Origin: Squalus acanthias
Lineage: Eukaryota
Reading direction: 5' to 3'
Assembly: GCA_030390025.1 (NCBI GenBank)
Contig: CM059432.1
Location: 152,894,001 to 152,958,000 of the forward strand
Length of the DNA stretch: 64,000 bases
Shown here: positions 1 through 13,402 of the stretch, in pieces
Numbering within the stretch: position 1 is the first letter of the stretch
Layout: the number at the start of each line of letters is the position of its first letter
Notes under the pieces: model-generated
The model's database searches: none
Told to the model about the DNA's origin: nothing
What the model saw: the letters and a program-made list of their open reading frames with translations, nothing else
Made by a program: the position numbers and the translations under genes

Positions 1-1503
1 TCTGTGCTATTTTTTTGCATTTTTATATGCTTTTTCTTTTAGTTTTTTGCTGTCCTTTAACTCTTTAGTCATCCATGGATTTTTTTTTCGGCAAGTAGAG
101 CTCTTGCCCCTCAGGGGTATAAACTGGTTCTGTATCATGTTAAATTCTTTATTGAACATCTCCCACTGATCTTCTGTTGTTTTACCCATTAACAGATTTG
201 CCCAGTTTACTGTGGACAGTCTCTGCCTCATCCCATTGAAGTCGGCCTTACTCAAATCTAGAATCTTAATAGCTGTTTCGTGTTTCTCCCTTTCAAACGC
301 TACATTGAACATGTTATGATCGCTATTGGATAAATGTTCATGCAGTTAGGCTGTTAACTAAATCTGGCACATTACTCATTACTAAATCTAATATGGCTTG
401 CCCCCTTGTTGCCTCTAGGACATATTGTTGTAGAAAACTATCCCGGACACATTCAAGAAATTCACTACCTTTCCGACAGGTGCTAGTCTGCTTATCTCAA
501 TCTATATGACAGTTAAAATCCCCCATTAAAACCACTCTGCCTTTACTACACGCTTGTCTAATCTCCGCATTTATACAATCTAGCACTTCACAGCTGTTAC
601 CAGGGGGCCTATACACAATTCCCACTACAGTCTTAAAATCTTTCCTATTTCTTAATTCTACCCATAAAGTCTCCACTGGCTGTTTACCTCTCATTATATT
701 CTCTCTTATCATTGAAGTGATTTCATCCTTAATCACTGAGGCTACTCCTCCCCCTCTGCCATTTTCCCTATCAGTCCTGTAGACCTTATAACCTGGTATA
801 TTTAGTTCCCAGTCCTGACTGTCTTGCAGCCATGTCTCAGTAATGGCTACCATGTCATACCCTCCAATTTGAATTCACGCCTGCAGTTCATTCAATTTAT
901 TCCTTATACTCCGAGCGTTTGTATAAAGAACGCTTATTTGGGCCACACTCCCTAGCCTGTCCTTCGGCTCTAATGTTTTATTCACTTGTTTCTTATTTCT
1001 CTCTCCTGGTTTAATCACTTTACATCTTTTAGTTTTCCCTTTACCTGTAGTGCCTAAAGCACAATTTCTAGTTGTTACTCTACTCTCTTCCCTTTCGTTT
1101 GTTTTTGAACTATTATTTGTTCTACAATTTCCCCCTGAGCCCCCCCCCCCCCATTTACGAGTTTAAAGTCCTTGTGACTGCCCTATTTATCCTTTCCACT
1201 CGGACCCCGGTACAGGCGGAGCCCGTCCCAACGGTACAGTTCCCTCCTGTCCCAATATTGGTGCCAGTGCCCTATGAAATGGAACCCCTCTTTCCCACAC
1301 TACTCCTTTAGCCACGTGTTCACTTCCCTAATCAGCTTATCCCTACGCCAATTTGCACGTGGCTCAGGTAATAATCCAGAGAGTATAACCCTTGAGGTCC
1401 TGTTCTTTAATTTAGCTCCTAGTTCCTAGTACTCCCCAAACAGGACCTCTTGCCTTCTCTTCCCTATGTTGTTGGTCCCAACATGGACCACAACGACTGG
1501 ATC
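1..1503 (-). mobile_element. 5'-truncated CR1 LINE (ORF1 esterase C-terminal half plus ORF2 endonuclease), runs off window start
   Basis: Minus strand encodes VVVHVGTNN..SRVILSGLLPEPRA..WDGL (ORF1, with stops), then VAITETWL..GGGVA..YRPP..MGDFN (APE endonuclease; ORFs 497-853, 7-312). Confidence 0.9.
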
Positions 1504-1505
1504 GG

Positions 1506-1608
1506 TATGTGGCTCGGTGTCAAATTTTGTTTGATAACGCTTCTGTGAAGCGTCTTGGGACATTTCACTCGTTAAAGACGCTATATAAATGCAAGTTGTT
1601 GTTGTTAT
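1506..1608 (+). mobile_element. L2 LINE 3' tail fragment
   Basis: tatgtggctcggtgtcaaattttgtttgataacgc..gctatataaatgcaagttgttgttg; first part matches the 3' UTR of the L2 fragment at 23999-24474. Confidence 0.7.
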
Positions 1609-1862
1609 TGATCACCCCTATTCTGGCATGAGGTCAGAGCAGTGATCAGATCACATCACTAATCCTTGTTTATGTTGGTGTCTGAATTTCATTCATTATA
1701 CACAATTGGCTCTGCCATGGGCTGTGCCTTGAGGGACAATTCTTGCCCCTTATTGCCATGTATTTTTATAAAGGTTTTGAGATATGTCCACCACACTTCA
1801 GCTCCCAGAGTCTGTTGCACATACAAATTTCTACATTGCACTTTAAACAGAAAGTCAATTAT

Positions 1863-1963
1863 TTGACGAAGGGTCATCGACCTGAAACGTTAATTCTTGT
1901 CTCTCTCTCCACAGGTGCTGCCTGACCTGCTGAGTATTTCCAGCATTTTCTGTTTTTATTTCA
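1863..1963 (+). mobile_element. Penelope-like terminal repeat fragment with degenerate minimal hammerhead
   Basis: (t)tgacga-a-gggtc-atc-gacct-gaaac-gtt core; same sequence as 15147-15281 on the minus strand. Confidence 0.65.
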
Positions 1964-2672
1964 ATTATTTAATGTTGGTTTCCTCCCTTCTGGAGGAGCC
2001 TGAGATTCAAAGCGGCTGAGGAGGAATAATTAACCTCAGGATTTGTCTGTTTATAGCAATTAGTGCTGTGGCCTTATAGGGACAGGTCAGTTTACACAAA
2101 GCATCGCCTTAGCAGCAGAATAATACATTGAGTGTTAAATGGTCTGACCTACGCTCCTTGTACAGCGTGGGTCTTCAACCCCCCTCTGTTGCAATCTTTC
2201 TCTTTTATCTATACATTTGTGGTCATTGCTCGTTGGAATGTTCCTTTCTTCTCCCTTCTATTCTGTAGTACGTGCCTTTTCTCCGCACTCACTTCTCACT
2301 ATGACGATACATTCTCCAGCTCAAGCTCAAGCTTTCCCAGCAACAACAACTTCCCTCCCTCCGACAATTGGCAGATTTTCAATATCTAAGCTTGGTGACA
2401 CAGAACAACTAATTCTTGACTTACTGGACTAAAGTTTCCTCTGTTGGTAGGTTTACTTCCAAAAGTGCTCAAGGGCTGCACTCCTGCCCACCATTGTGAC
2501 CCCGTTCAATTTTCCTGGGTCAACCTTTTTTTAAATATTGTTAACGAGCTCCCAGCGCTATTTGCACCCTCTTGGGCAGGGAGGGACGCTGGTGCTGCAC
2601 TGTTCAGCTCCCTGCAGCATTCTAAAGGGGCATGGCAGCCATTTTGTGTCTAAAAGAATTTGGCGGTATACA

Positions 2673-2919
2673 ATGTCAGAGGCCGGAGGGACTTCAGGGC
2701 ACTAAGTCCCCACATTAACAGACTTTTCAGTAGAGATGTTGACTGAAATCCAACAAAGTAGGACCCAGCTTTTTGGCATTGAAAGAAGGAGGCCCACGAA
2801 GGACACAATCCCAGGTCAGTAGAAAGAAATGGCCTTGGCGAGTGAGTGCCATGTCCAGCAGCCTCCACTTGACTCCTCAAAGTCAGGAGCAGTTCAGCAA
2901 CCTCACCAGGTTAATAAAG
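2673..2919 (+). pseudogene. Degenerate Harbinger Myb/SANT gene exon 1 remnant
   Basis: ..RVSAMSS..QSQEQFSNLTRLIK followed by a GT donor, resembling exon 1 at 34033-34272 (KKFNDLTRQVK|gt). Confidence 0.45.
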
Positions 2920-3164
2920 GTAACAGAAGGCAGTCACAATGTGAAAAAGCCTTAAAAACGGAGCTAAGTTTCTGCAAGTGGAAGATATCTCAAGGTATAG
3001 GAGGTAGATAGGTTAATTGTGACTAATGATATCAGTCACCGTGGTCTGGAATTTGCTTGACTGCCTTTGAGGGTCCGAGAAAAATTTCCTACAGTTTTTT
3101 TCCTAAATTGCGCTTAAGTTTTTTGCTTCTTTTTACTTCTCCCATGAGATCGCATGATTGAAAG

Positions 3165-3400
3165 GCAAGGTCCCATAAACAACAATGAGATAATCAGTTT
3201 TTTTAATGATGTTGGTTGAGGGATAAATATTTTCAGGACACCGGCGAGAGCCTCCCTGCTCTTCTTCGAATAGTGCCATGGGATCTTTTCTATCCACCTG
3301 AGAGGACAGACGGGGCCTCGGTTTAATGTCTCATCTGAAAGACGGCACCTCCGACAGTGCGGCACTCCCTCAGCACTGCACTGGAGTGTCAACCTGGATT
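3165..3400 (-). mobile_element. Partial Deu-domain SINE (SacSINE1-like)
   Basis: Matches the central part of the full copy at 34531-34981 (gccatgggatctttt..ggggcctcggtttaa..gaaagacggcacctcc). Confidence 0.85.
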
Positions 3401-3683
3401 AGACCCTAGCTGGATTTTGTACTTCAGCAGTCCCCCCTATATCTGTTCAGGCATCTGAAGCATGGGTCCAGAATCCCTACGGGCTGCTCGATCAGAATGT
3501 GGGTGTCAGCATGAGCCTGATTGTACCAGGGCTAAGCAGGGGTAGTAGGGAAATGTCATTAGCCAGTTCTGCAGAAGGCAATCCTGATCTCCAATCAGCC
3601 ATCGAGACACTTGCCTATCACCAGTAAACAGTGGGGGTACATTGGACTGGTGTAAAATAAAAGAATGTGGCAGCTGCCTGGAT

Positions 3684-4110
3684 ATAGAAACATAGAATCT
3701 AGGAGCAGGAGTAGGCCATTCGGCCCGTCGAGCCTGCTCCACCATTCAATACGATCATGGCTGATCATCCAAATCCAGTACCCTATCCCTGCTTTAATCC
3801 CCACAGTACACATATCCCACCCTACCCCCGTAACCCCACGTATTTAATTCCCCCTAACATATCCCATCCTATCCCCATAACCCCACATATTTAATCCCCC
3901 CTAACACTAAGGGTCAATTTATCATAGCCAAATCAACCTAACCCGCACATTTTTGGACTATGGGAGGAAACCGGAGCACCCGGAGGAAACCCACGCAGAC
4001 ACGGGGAGAATGTGCAAACTCCACACAGACAGTCACCCGAGGTCAGATTCGAACCCGGGTCCCTGGCGCTGTGAGGCACCAGTGCTAACCACTATGCCAC
4101 CGTGTTGCCC
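3684..4110 (-). mobile_element. V-SINE (HE1-like) with CR1-derived tail
   Basis: tRNA head with A/B boxes, V-domain gtgtggagtttgcacattctcccc..ggtttcctcc, tail ending tctatgtttctat; near-identical to 21882-22301. Confidence 0.9.
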
Positions 4111-4180
4111 GTGTCAATATAATACATTGACGGGCATAATGAGGTGGTTTGGATTTTACACCAGCTGGATATTGAGCGAA

Positions 4181-4794
4181 TAGTCATAGTGTTATACAGC
4201 ACAGAAAGAGGCCCTTCGGCCCATCGTGTCCACGCTGGCCATCAAGCCCTATCCATTCTAATCCCATTTTCCAGCACTTGGTCCATAGCCTTGTATGCTA
4301 TGGCGTTTCAAGTATTCATCTAAATGCTTCTTGAATGTTGAGGGTTCCTGCCTCTACCACCCTTTCAGGCAGTGAGTTCCAGATTCCAACCACCCTCTGG
4401 GTGAAAATGTTTTTCCTCAAATCCCCTCTAAACCTCCTGCCCCTTACCTTGAAACTATGCCCCCTGGTTATTGACCCCTCTACTAAGGGGAAAAGTTCCT
4501 TTCTATCTACCTTATCTATGCCATTCATAATTTTGTACACCTCAATCAGGTCCCCCCTCAGCCTTCTCTGCTCTAAGGAAAACAACCCCAGCCTGTCCAG
4601 TCTCTCTTCATAGCTGAAGCGCTCCAGCCCAGGTAACATCCTGGTGAATCTCCTTTGCACCCTCTCCAATGCAATCACATCCCTCCTATAGTGTGGTGAC
4701 CAGAACTGCACACAGTATTCCAGCTGTGGCCTAACTAGCGTTTTGTACAGCTCCATCATAACCTCCCTGCTCTTATATTCTATGCCTCGGCTAA
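4181..4794 (-). mobile_element. CR1 LINE 3' fragment
   Basis: ORF 4316-4759 LYKTLVRPQLEYCVQFWSPH..LERVQRRFTR..WNSLP plus 3' tail. Confidence 0.92.
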
Positions 4795-5009
4795 TGTATC
4801 CCTTTCCTGCTCAAAAAGGTGATGGCGTTCTCAAATGGGGCGTGAATGATGATGTGAGTGAAGTTGATTGCACCTTGCAACTGGGGAAATCCTGCCATTC
4901 AGTTAAAGTTCATTGCCCCCTCAAGCTGATGTGCCAGGTTCATTGGAACAGTGATGAACTGTGCAGCTCAGGCAAACAAACCACCCGTTAGTTGCTTAAT
5001 GCGTTGGCA

Positions 5010-6415
5010 GATTGGCCGATGTTGCTGGTTGGTGGATTGGCCGATGTTGCTGGTTGGTGGATTGGCTGATGTTGCTGGTTGGTGGATTGGCCGATGTTGC
5101 TGGTTGGCGGATTGGCCGATGTTGCTGGTTGGTGGATTGGCCGATGTTGCTGGTTGGTGGATTGGCCGATGTTGCTGGTTGGTGGATTGGCCGATGTTGC
5201 TGGTTGGTGGATTGGCCGATGTTGGTGGATTGGCTGATGTTGCTGGTTGGTGGATTGGCTGATGTTGCTGGTTGGTGGATTGGCTGATGTTGCTGGTTGG
5301 TGGATTGGCTGATGTTGCTGGTTGGTGGATTGGCCGATGTTGCTGGTTGGTGGATTGGCCGATGTTGCTTGTTGGTGGATTGGCCGGTGTTGCTGGTTGG
5401 TGGATTGGGATTGGCCGATGTTGCTGGTTGGTGGATTGGCCGATGTTGCTGGTTGGTGGATTGGCCGATGTTGCTGGTTGGTGGATTGGCCGGTGTTGCT
5501 GGTTGGTGGATTGGCCGATGTTGCTGGTTGGTGGATTGGCCGGTGTTGCTGGTTGGTGGATTGGCCGATGTTGCTGGTTGGTGGATTGGCCGATGTTGCT
5601 GGTTGGTGGATTGGCCGGTGTTGCTGGTTGGTGGATTGGCTGATGTTGCTGGTTGGTGGATTGGCCGGTGTTGCTGGTTGGTGGATTGGCTGATGTTGCT
5701 GGTTGGCGGATTGGCCGATGTTGCTGGTTGGTGGATTGGCCGGTGTTGCTGGTTGGTGGATTGGCTGATGTTGCTGGTTGGCGGATTGGCCGATGTTGCT
5801 GGTTGGTGGATTGGCCGGTGTTGCTGGTTGGTGGATTGGCCGGTGTTGCTGGTTGGTGGATTGGCCGGTGTTGCTGGTTGGTGGATTGGCCGGTGTTGCT
5901 GGTTGGTGGATTGGCCGGTGTTGCTGGTTGGTGGATTGGTCCATGTTGCTGGTTGGTGGATTGGCCGGTGTTGCTGGTTGGTGGATTGGCCGATGTTGCT
6001 GGTTGGTGGATTGGCCGATGTTGCTGGTTGGTGGATTGGCCGATGTTGCTGGTTGGTGGATTGGCCGATGTTGCTGGTTGGTGGATTGGCCGATGTTGCT
6101 GGTTGGTGGATTGGGATTGGCTGATGTTGCTGGTTGGTGGATTGGCCGATGTTGCTGGTTGGTGGATTGGCCGATGTTGCTGGTTGGTGGATTGGGATTG
6201 GCTGATGTTGCTGGTTGGTGGATTGGCCGATGTTGCTGGTTGGTGGATTGGCCGATGTTGCTGGTTGGTGGATTGGCCGATGTTGCTGGTTGGTGGATTG
6301 GCCGATGTTGCAGGTTGGCGGATTGGCCGATGTTGCTGGTTGGTGGATTGGTCGATGTTGCAGGTTGGCGGATTGGCCGATGTTGCTGGTTGGTGGATTG
6401 GTCGATGTTGCAGGT
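5010..6415. repeat. 25-bp minisatellite (gattggccgatgttgctggttggtg)n, about 1.4 kb
   Basis: Directly visible tandem units with few variants. Confidence 0.97.
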
Positions 6416-7435
6416 TCTCTGATGCAACTTGAAAGGAGACGGTTGCACAGAAGTCGGGTTGCCGTGGTGACTTTGACTGACGCTGAAAATATTGTTCTTC
6501 AGGTTGGGTGGGCTCCAAGGCAAGCAGGTAACACAATTCCTGTATCACCTTATAAGGAAGTGCAGCCTTCTGATACATTGCCAGTGAAGAGGTTGAGATC
6601 TGGGTCTGTAAATATGGTGGTTTGAGTACCTGCGAGTGGGTGCTAGTGCCTGATGAATCTGTCATCCTGGAGTTGCTTCTCTTCATCGTGCAGTTCTTCC
6701 TCGTCAAATCACAGGTACAGGGGAATCCAGAATGGAAACACTCTATGGTTGAAGGTCTCCAAAATGAAATCATCTCCACAGCACCAACAGCTAGAAATAG
6801 AAACAAAAGCGATTCCTCAGCATCAAGGTTTGAGCAAGTGCACTATCCTAAGAAGATGGCCTTCAATCATACATCCACCTGCCTACTGCTGCCTAGCAAC
6901 CAACAACTCCTCTTGTACAAAGGTATTTGTATTTTTGAGGCAGGCCACAGGGAGCTCCAGTGATGGTCATCAGTACCTCATTTAAATTCAATTTGCATGC
7001 AGGCCTCCCACAACACAGATAAAGAATTAGTGCAGAGTTTTTCACTGGTGGAGAGTTGTCACAAGGCCTCCTCGTCTCAGCTTCCTCCACCGCCCACCTC
7101 AAATCCCCCACAAAATGGGCCAGGGGGAAGTTACATGGGTCTGAAACCTCGGCCACCTTGCTGTATCTTGTGCTATTTTCAATCTGGGTGTTATCCTGTA
7201 TCATTGGCTGTGCCCTTTTCCCCAAGTCTCTCATCTTAAAAAAAATTGAATTCCCTTCCTAATTTATTTTAAAAGTTTCCTGTGCCCTCCTCTTGTGCAA
7301 CTTTTATTTCATACAATTATTCTATCAGACTGGCACCCATTATGTAACTCCTATCAAAGATGTCACACCTGAAAGTGTCACACCTTTGTAGTTCAAAAAT
7401 CAGTTATTGGCAGAAACAAAGAGTTCTCTATTAAA

Positions 7436-10246
7436 TTCACTAATGTCCTTTAGGGGAGGAAATCTGCCGTCCTTACCCGGTCTGGCCTATATGTGACTCA
7501 ATATACACAGCAATGTGGTTGACTCTTAACTGCCCTCTAAAATGGCCCAGCAAGCCACTCAGTTCTAACAAACCGCTACAAAAAGCAATAAGAGGAATAA
7601 AACCGGACGGACCACCCGGCATCAACCTCGGCACCGGCTACAGACACGACAACGGCACACCCGGCCCAGTCAACCCTGCAAAGTCCTCCTCACCAATATC
7701 TGGGGACTTGTGCCAAAATTGGGAGAGCTGTCCCACAGACTAGTCAAGCAACAGCCTGACATAGTCATACTCACAGAATCATACCTTTCAGCCAATGTCC
7801 CAGACTTCTCCATCACCATCCCTGGGTATGTCCTGTCCCACCGGCAGGACAGACCCACCAGGGGTGGTGGCACAGTGTTATACAGTCAGGAAGGAGTGGC
7901 CCTGGGAGTCCTCAACATTGACTCCAGACCCCATGAAGTCTCATGGCTTCAGGTCAAGGACGGGCAAGGAAACCTCCTGCTGATTACCACCTACCGCCCT
8001 CCCTCAGCTGATGAATCAGTACTCCTCCATGTTGAACACCACTTGGAAGAAGCACTGAGGGTCGCAAGGGCACAGAATGTACTCTGGGTGGGGGACTTCA
8101 ATGTCCATCACCAAGAGTGGATTGGTAGCACCTCTACTGGCTGAGTCCTGAAGGACATAGCAGCCAGACTGGGCCTGCGGCAGGTGGTGAGAGAACCAAC
8201 ACGAGGGAAAAACCTACTTGACCTCGTCCTCACCAATCTACCTGTCGCAGATGGATCTGTCCATGACAGCATTGGTAGCAGTGACCACCGCACAGTCATT
8301 GTGGAGACGAAGTCCTGTCTTCACACTGAGGACACCCTCCATCGTGTTGTGTGGCACTACCACCGTATTAATGGGATAGATTCAGAACAACTCTGGCAGC
8401 TCAAAACTGGGCCTCCATGAGGCGCTGTGGGCCATCAGCAGCAGCAGAATTGTATTCCACCACAATCTGTAACCTCATGGCCCGGCATATCCCTCACTCT
8501 ACCATTACCATCAAGCCAGGGGACCAACCCTGGTTCAATAAGGAGTGTAGAAGAGCATGCCAGGAGCAGCACCAGACGTACCTAAAAATTAGGTGCCATC
8601 ATCGTGAAGCTGCAACACAGGACTACATGCATGCTAAAAAGCTATAGACAGGGCTAAGCGATGCCACAATCAACGGATCTGATCAAAGTTCTGTAGTCCT
8701 GCCACATCCAGTCGTGAATGGTGGAGGACCATTAAACAACTAAAGGGAGGAGGCGGCTCCATGAACATCCCCATCCTCAATGATGGTGGCGCCCAGCACG
8801 TGAGTGCAAAAGACAAGGCTGAAGCGTTTGCAACCACCTTCAGCCGGAAGTGCCGAGTGGATGATCCATATCGGCCTACTCCCGAGGTCTCCACCATCAC
8901 AGAAGCCAGTCTTCAGCCAATTCGATTCACTCCACGTGATACCAAGAAACGGCTGAGCGCACTGGATACAGCAAAGGCTATGGGCCCCAACAATATCCCA
9001 GCTATCGTGCTGAAGACTTGTGCTCCAGAACTAGCCGCGCCTCTAGCCAAGCTGTTCCAGTACAGCTACAACACTGGCATCTATCCTACAATGTGGAAAA
9101 CTGCCCAGGTATGTCCTGTCCACAAAAAGCAGGACAAATCCAATCCGGCCAATTACCACCCCATCAGTCTACTCTCAATCATCAGCAAAGTGATGGAAGG
9201 TGTCATCGACAGTGCTATCAAGCGGCACTTACTCACCAATAACCTGCTCACCGATGCTCAGTTTGGGTTCCACCAGGACCACTCAGCTCCAGACCTCATT
9301 ACAGCCTTGGTCCAAACATTGACAAAAGAGCTGAATTCCAGAGGTGAGGTGAGAGTGACTGTACTTGACATCAAGGCAGCATTTGACCGAGTGTGGCATC
9401 AAAGAGTCCTAGTCATATTGAAGTCAATGGGAATCAGGGGGAAAACTCTTCACTGGCTGGAGTCATACCTAGCACAAAGGAAGATGGCTGTGGTTGTTGG
9501 AGGTCAATCATCACAGCCCCAGGACATCGCTGCAGGAGTTCCTCAGGGCAGTGGCCTTGGCCCAGCCATCTCCAGCTGCTTCATCAATGACCTTCCCTCT
9601 ATCATAAGGTCAGAAATGGGGATGTTCGCTGATGACTACACACTGTTCAGTGCCATTCGCAACTCCTCAGATAATAAAGCAGTCCATGCCTGCATGCAAC
9701 AAGACCTGGACGACATTCAGGCTTGGGCTGATAAGTGGCAATTAACATTCGCGCCACAGAAGTGCCAGGCAATGACTATCTCCAACAAGCGAGAGCCTAA
9801 CCACCGTCCCTTGACATTCAACGGCATTACCATTGCCGAATCCCCCACTATCAACATCCTGGGGGTCACCATTGTCCAGAAACTTAACTGGACCAGCCAC
9901 TTAAATACTGTGGCAACAAGAGCAGGTCAGAAGCTAGGTATTCTGCGGCGAGTGTCTCACCTCCTGACTCCCCAAAGCCTTTCCACCATCTACAAGGCAC
10001 AAGTCAGGAGTGTGATGGAATACTCTCCACTTGCCTGGATGAGTGCGGCTCCAACAACACTCAAGAAGCTCGACACCATCCAGGACAAAGCAGCCCGTTT
10101 GATTGGCACCCCATCCACCACCTTAAACATTCACTCCCTCCACCACCGGCGTACCGTGACTGCAGTGTGTACCATCTACAAGATGCACTGCAGCAACTCA
10201 CCAAGGCTTCTTCGGCAGCACCTCCCAAACCCGCGACCTCTTCCAC
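7436..10246 (+). mobile_element. Single-ORF CR1/L2-group LINE with SINE-body 5' UTR; truncated at both ends, ORF disrupted
   Basis: Endonuclease PDIVILTESYL..GGGT..YRPP..GDFN (7710-8144), RT GVPQGS..FADD (8761-10246); paralogous to 24930-29108. Confidence 0.9.
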
Positions 10247-10815
10247 TGAGGCAGAAAAATGGTGGAGCTCGGGGAGCACAGATCCAGGGAGGAAAAGGAT
10301 TGAGACGTGAGGCAATGTAGGGAAGAAAGGAGCTCGGGGGCAGGAAGCAATGTAAATGAGAGTAGCTCAGAGAGCGATGTAAAAGAGGGAATGCAGAGTA
10401 AAAGCGAAGAGTGGAGTAGAGTAAAAGAGGAGCAGAGTAAACGATAAAATGCAGAGTGAAAGAGAGCAACAGCGTAAAAGAGAGGAGCAGAGCAACAACC
10501 GAAAACCTACTCATTGTCACGGGCTTGTGAGTATTATTATAGAGTCTGTAATTCTGTGTTCTATAATAACCAAGTCACCACATTTAATTGACTATCTAAA
10601 GTTGTGGCGGATAATTGTTAAAGTATAAGATAAATAAAAAGGATTTGAGAAACGACGAATAAACTTTCGTGGTTGTGCAAGTCAGGATTACTCGGGGCCC
10701 CAGCGGAAAGTATCGCTTCCCTTAAGGGAGAGAGATTCTCACCAACTGACTGAGGAGGGTAAAGAACGATATTTTATTTTATATATATAAAAATAAATGA
10801 ATAAAAATCGTTACA
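10247..10815 (+). mobile_element. Putative retroviral LTR (3' part)
   Basis: Ends ..gttaCA two bases before a tRNA-Lys PBS; contains AATAAA motifs; 5' boundary lost and no second LTR seen. Confidence 0.55.
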
Positions 10816-10817
10816 TA

Positions 10818-10835
10818 TGGCGCCCAATGTGGTGC
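10818..10835 (+). promoter_or_regulatory. Primer-binding site for tRNA-Lys1,2
   Basis: TGGCGCCCAATGTGGTGC, 16/18 match to TGGCGCCCAACGTGGGGC. Confidence 0.75.
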
Positions 10836-10873
10836 CCAAGTAATTAAAAGCAGTGACAATCTGCAAACATAAA

Positions 10874-12982
10874 GCGGGTGGAATTCGAAAACAGACGGGG
10901 CACCGCAGGGCGAGATCTCTTTCCGCCCATTTAGAAAGTGCAGGCAGCACATTCATTTGGTGCTGCCTGCTAATTTGAATGATTTTAGCGCACTGCCCAG
11001 CGACAAATGTGCGGCTTCAATCTGTGCACCCAGCAGGAGGCCCAGTGTCACATCGCTGTCGCAACGCTGCATTTTCTTAAAGCAAGGCTGTCAGTTTTGA
11101 AAGCAGTCTCAAGCCCTTAAAGGTGATCTGCCTTCTGAAAAATTTTTAAATCATTCATAAATAGGCAGTCTCTAGCCCTTAAAGCTCAACTGCCTTCTGA
11201 AAAAAAACATTATAAATCATTCCAAACTCGGCAGCCTTCAGCTGTAAAGCTGCCTTCTGCATATAAAGAAATGGTAAAAGTGCTTCAGCACTAACATAAA
11301 TGGCTCAACAGACCTAGGAAACAGCACCCAGGGTCTCGCATGCTGCACTCCAGCTTTGTGCAGGGGGTCAACAATGGAAGAGAGGTCCTCTACCCACAGG
11401 GAGCCAGCAATGTCGCCCCAGGACCTGGCTCCAGTGCCCAAATAAGTTTCATGACCTCAGATGAATGGTCAAGATCAATGAATACATCTTCAAAAGCTGC
11501 CTCTTACCAACTGCACCACTAGCCTCACATACCCCTGCATCACTCACCTACCAACAATCTCTACCAAACATGAGGCACAACTCATATTCCTAGCTTCACC
11601 TCACCTCCTTGGAGGAGACGGTGCTGGCCATTCTTGGCAGGGGCATGGCTGAGCCCTTGGCCAGCGGCGGGGCTGAAAGAATACAAGCTGTTGGTATCCT
11701 CATACATTATCCTCCTTCTCACATCCCACTTCCCCCTCATCCCACAATATCTTCTGATTTACAATCTGCACATGGTGTAAACACGCAGCTCTTGCTTTCC
11801 CACCCTCCCTCACCACAACCATACTCTTGTGCCTTCCTCATTTCAGACCCCCAAGAAATGCAACCTGCCCAGCCAGTGGTTCACCAAGGAGAGGGAGAGG
11901 AGAGTGAAGAAGAAGGAGGAACACTGTCACTTGATTTGACACTCCCAGCCACCAGGTCCTCGAGGTCATCGTATATGGCTATCTGCAGTGTCCCCCACTG
12001 AAAGTCAGCAGCCTTCCACCAGCCATGCTGCAGCCACTGGGGTAGCACTGTGTGACATCACTAGGATAGGCAAAGGCACACTCAAAACTGCCACTAAAGG
12101 AATGCACAAGGGTGATTAGTTGATTTTTTTTGATGTCATATTGGATGCATATATGGATAAAGTTGGATTGAAAAGTTTGCTTTGTGGTGGCTTTTATTTC
12201 AGTATTGTGGCCAAGAGGAGGCTGTGATGGTCAGTAACAGAGGGAAGGGAAGGTGTGGGACAAATGTTGAAAGGGGAATTGGGGTTGTGGTCACTGGTAC
12301 CGCAGGCGGATGATTCCATCCCAGATATCCCGGCCAGAAAGGGGCTGTCTGGGCTGCATCCTTCCTTCTGCCTCCGTCCTCTTCGGCTTCTTCCTCTTCC
12401 TCTGCGAGCAGCTTGTCCCCTTTGCTGCCTCTGCTTCATCTCCGTGTGATGTTGCAGCCCAAGGTGACTGCAACTCGAGCTCCCAGGATTGGGAGCAAGT
12501 GGTCTTCTCTGAGGCCTTCCTTTTACAGCCAAGCCTTACAAGCATCCAGCAGCACTCCCTGCACACTTTAACAAATTTTTAAATATATTGCACCAAGCCA
12601 CTACTCCAATAAAATATTAAAAAAACTCCAAAAGCTGAAATCAAAACTTACCTGAAAGATGTGCGCGTCCCTTTAAGAAGCGCTGACAGCGTCTCTGTAC
12701 AACTGCTGCACGTGCGTTCTTCCGTGCGCGGTTAGGAGAGGGCGGTATGGAGAGCGGCAACGTCCAACATCGTAGTCGTGCGTCAGTTCAGGCGTTGCAC
12801 GCCGATTGACATCACAATCTGCATATTTACATTGGGGAGGCGAGTGCAGGCAACGGCAGTGCTGCCGACCTCTCCAAAATGACGGTGTTCCGCGCCAGAA
12901 GCAGGCGGAAGCGATGCAGCCACCATTTCTTCCAAAAAAAAGGCCTTAACGGACGGCGCTACAACCTCGAATTTCACGGCCC
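10874..12982. mobile_element. Internally deleted PIF/Harbinger DNA transposon
   Basis: Myb/SANT exon remnants on + (about 11300-11950), transposase 5' and 3' remnants fused on - (about 12290-12510), right end gaatttcacggccc, degenerate left end, AAA on both flanks. Confidence 0.7.
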
Positions 12983-13402
12983 AAAAAACAAAAGAACCTG
13001 GTGTTAGATAAGTAACAAAAGCAAAGAGAATCAGTATCAATATATGAGGGAGATGGAATAAACCACTTCACTAAGACAGACAGATAGGAGACCAGGACTA
13101 ACTACCTGGGAAAACCATGCACGCGTGAACCCCAAGGACATAATGTGGATCCAGTTAGATTAGAAAATAAGGGAGTTCGATAAACAGGGAAAGGATAAAC
13201 AAGAGATATCTACAGTAACCGAAATATATATTGAAATTCAAAGGACAAAAGAAAAATTTCAGATTTAATCCAAGTACAGATAATTATGCTGGAACAGACT
13301 ATGAAACAGATAATGAGGATAGGAAAGTAAAAGATGAGATAGAGATTGCACAGAGTCCGAGATAGAGATAGTTCAGAGTCAGAGATTGTGCAGCCAGAAC
13401 AA

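Noticed and set aside
2950..3160. Possible old CR1 3' end
   Set aside because: Only vague resemblance and no second copy in the window to confirm
6415..6530. Possible Myb exon 2 remnant (LTDAENIVLQV)
   Set aside because: Similarity too short to support
4968..6806. 612-aa and 511-aa ORFs and the W/G-rich plus-strand ORFs
   Set aside because: Products of a 25-bp repeat cycling through all three frames; no domain evidence
10247..10320. Novel C-terminus on the 519-aa RT ORF
   Set aside because: Read-through from a 3'-truncated LINE into adjacent LTR-like sequence
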